The translations under genes were made by a program, and so were the position numbers. A model generated the notes under the pieces. The model had not been told where the DNA came from. It saw nothing but the letters and a program-made list of their open reading frames with translations, and made no database searches. A DNA stretch of 47,241 nt, filler included, from Dirinaria sp. TL-2023a (Eukaryota), in assembly GCA_051941275.1 (NCBI GenBank). It is 2 parts of 2 records of this genome, joined end to end, with 100 filler letters (N's around TTAATTAATTAA, not from the genome) between each part and the next. Parts side by side here need not be neighbours in the genome. Positions count along the whole stretch, not along the records: positions 23,706 to 47,241 come from JAVEBF010000204.1; 1 more part is not named here. One strand, written 5' to 3'. Below are positions 46,879 through 47,241 of this stretch, one piece after another. The number at the start of each line of letters is the position of its first letter. Position 1 is the first letter of the stretch.

Positions 46879-47241
46879 CTAGACCGCAGCAAGGTACCCA
46901 ACCCCAACGCCCATCCAAAGCCGAACACCCTCCCTGCGCATCGTCTGATAAAGCTCAAAACTCGTATACAATCTTGGATACGCCGCCTGCCAATCGAAAA
47001 GGCCAACCAAAAACCGTGCGAAACCGCCCCACGTCAACGGGCTCCCGAGGTCTGGTTGTGCGGTCTGCGGCCGAATTCCAAGCTCGGTACGTGTCCCAAA
47101 GGACCATGCTTGGTCCGTCATGATGTCCGAAGGGTTCTGCAGCAGGACTTTGTTTTGGGCGTGCTCGAGCACGTACTTCGCTTCCAGCGGCGGGCGGGTC
47201 ACGTGGTGGTAGAGCCGGAACTCGATGGAGAGATCGGTGTC
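46879..47241 (-). CDS. Hypothetical protein, 3' end only (truncated by window edge)
   Basis: Frame open from the window end: DTDLSIEFRLYHHVTRPPLEAKYVLEHAQNKVLLQNP...LTWGGFARFLVGLFDW...SFELY...GVGVGYLAAV*. GC3-rich codons. Confidence 0.7.
   Translation of the reverse strand, partial: DTDLSIEFRLYHHVTRPPLEAKYVLEHAQNKVLLQNPSDIMTDQAWSFGTRTELGIRPQTAQPDLGSPLTWGGFARFLVGLFDWQAAYPRLYTSFELYQTMRREGVRLWMGVGVGYLAAV

Overview
Eukaryotic DNA from a filamentous ascomycete (Pezizomycotina-type genes with GT..CTRAC..YAG introns; finer taxonomy cannot be fixed from this window). From 1 to 16.2 kb is a dense housekeeping block: PRE8 (5'-truncated), RPB3, TRP2, LSM1 (missed by the ORF track), a LanC-like protein, VPS39, GON7 and a BIT61/HbrB-domain gene. 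From 16.5 to 28 kb is accessory sequence: two tandem orphan paralogues, a tRNA 3' fragment, an artificial N-TTAATTAATTAA-N scaffold linker, and an O-methyltransferase carrying four 30-aa C-terminal repeats. A GID7/WDR26 gene lies at about 29-31.8 kb. From 32 to 45.5 kb there is no intact recognisable gene. Instead there are decayed minus-strand coding relics: a large orphan relic with internal repeats, a PKA catalytic-subunit exon fragment, a proline-rich exon, and an AAA+ ATPase whose motifs are eroded mainly by CC>TC/GG>GA transitions. The window ends with a Cys-rich secreted protein and the 3' end of a convergent gene. All family calls come from manual translation and motif recognition, not database searches.
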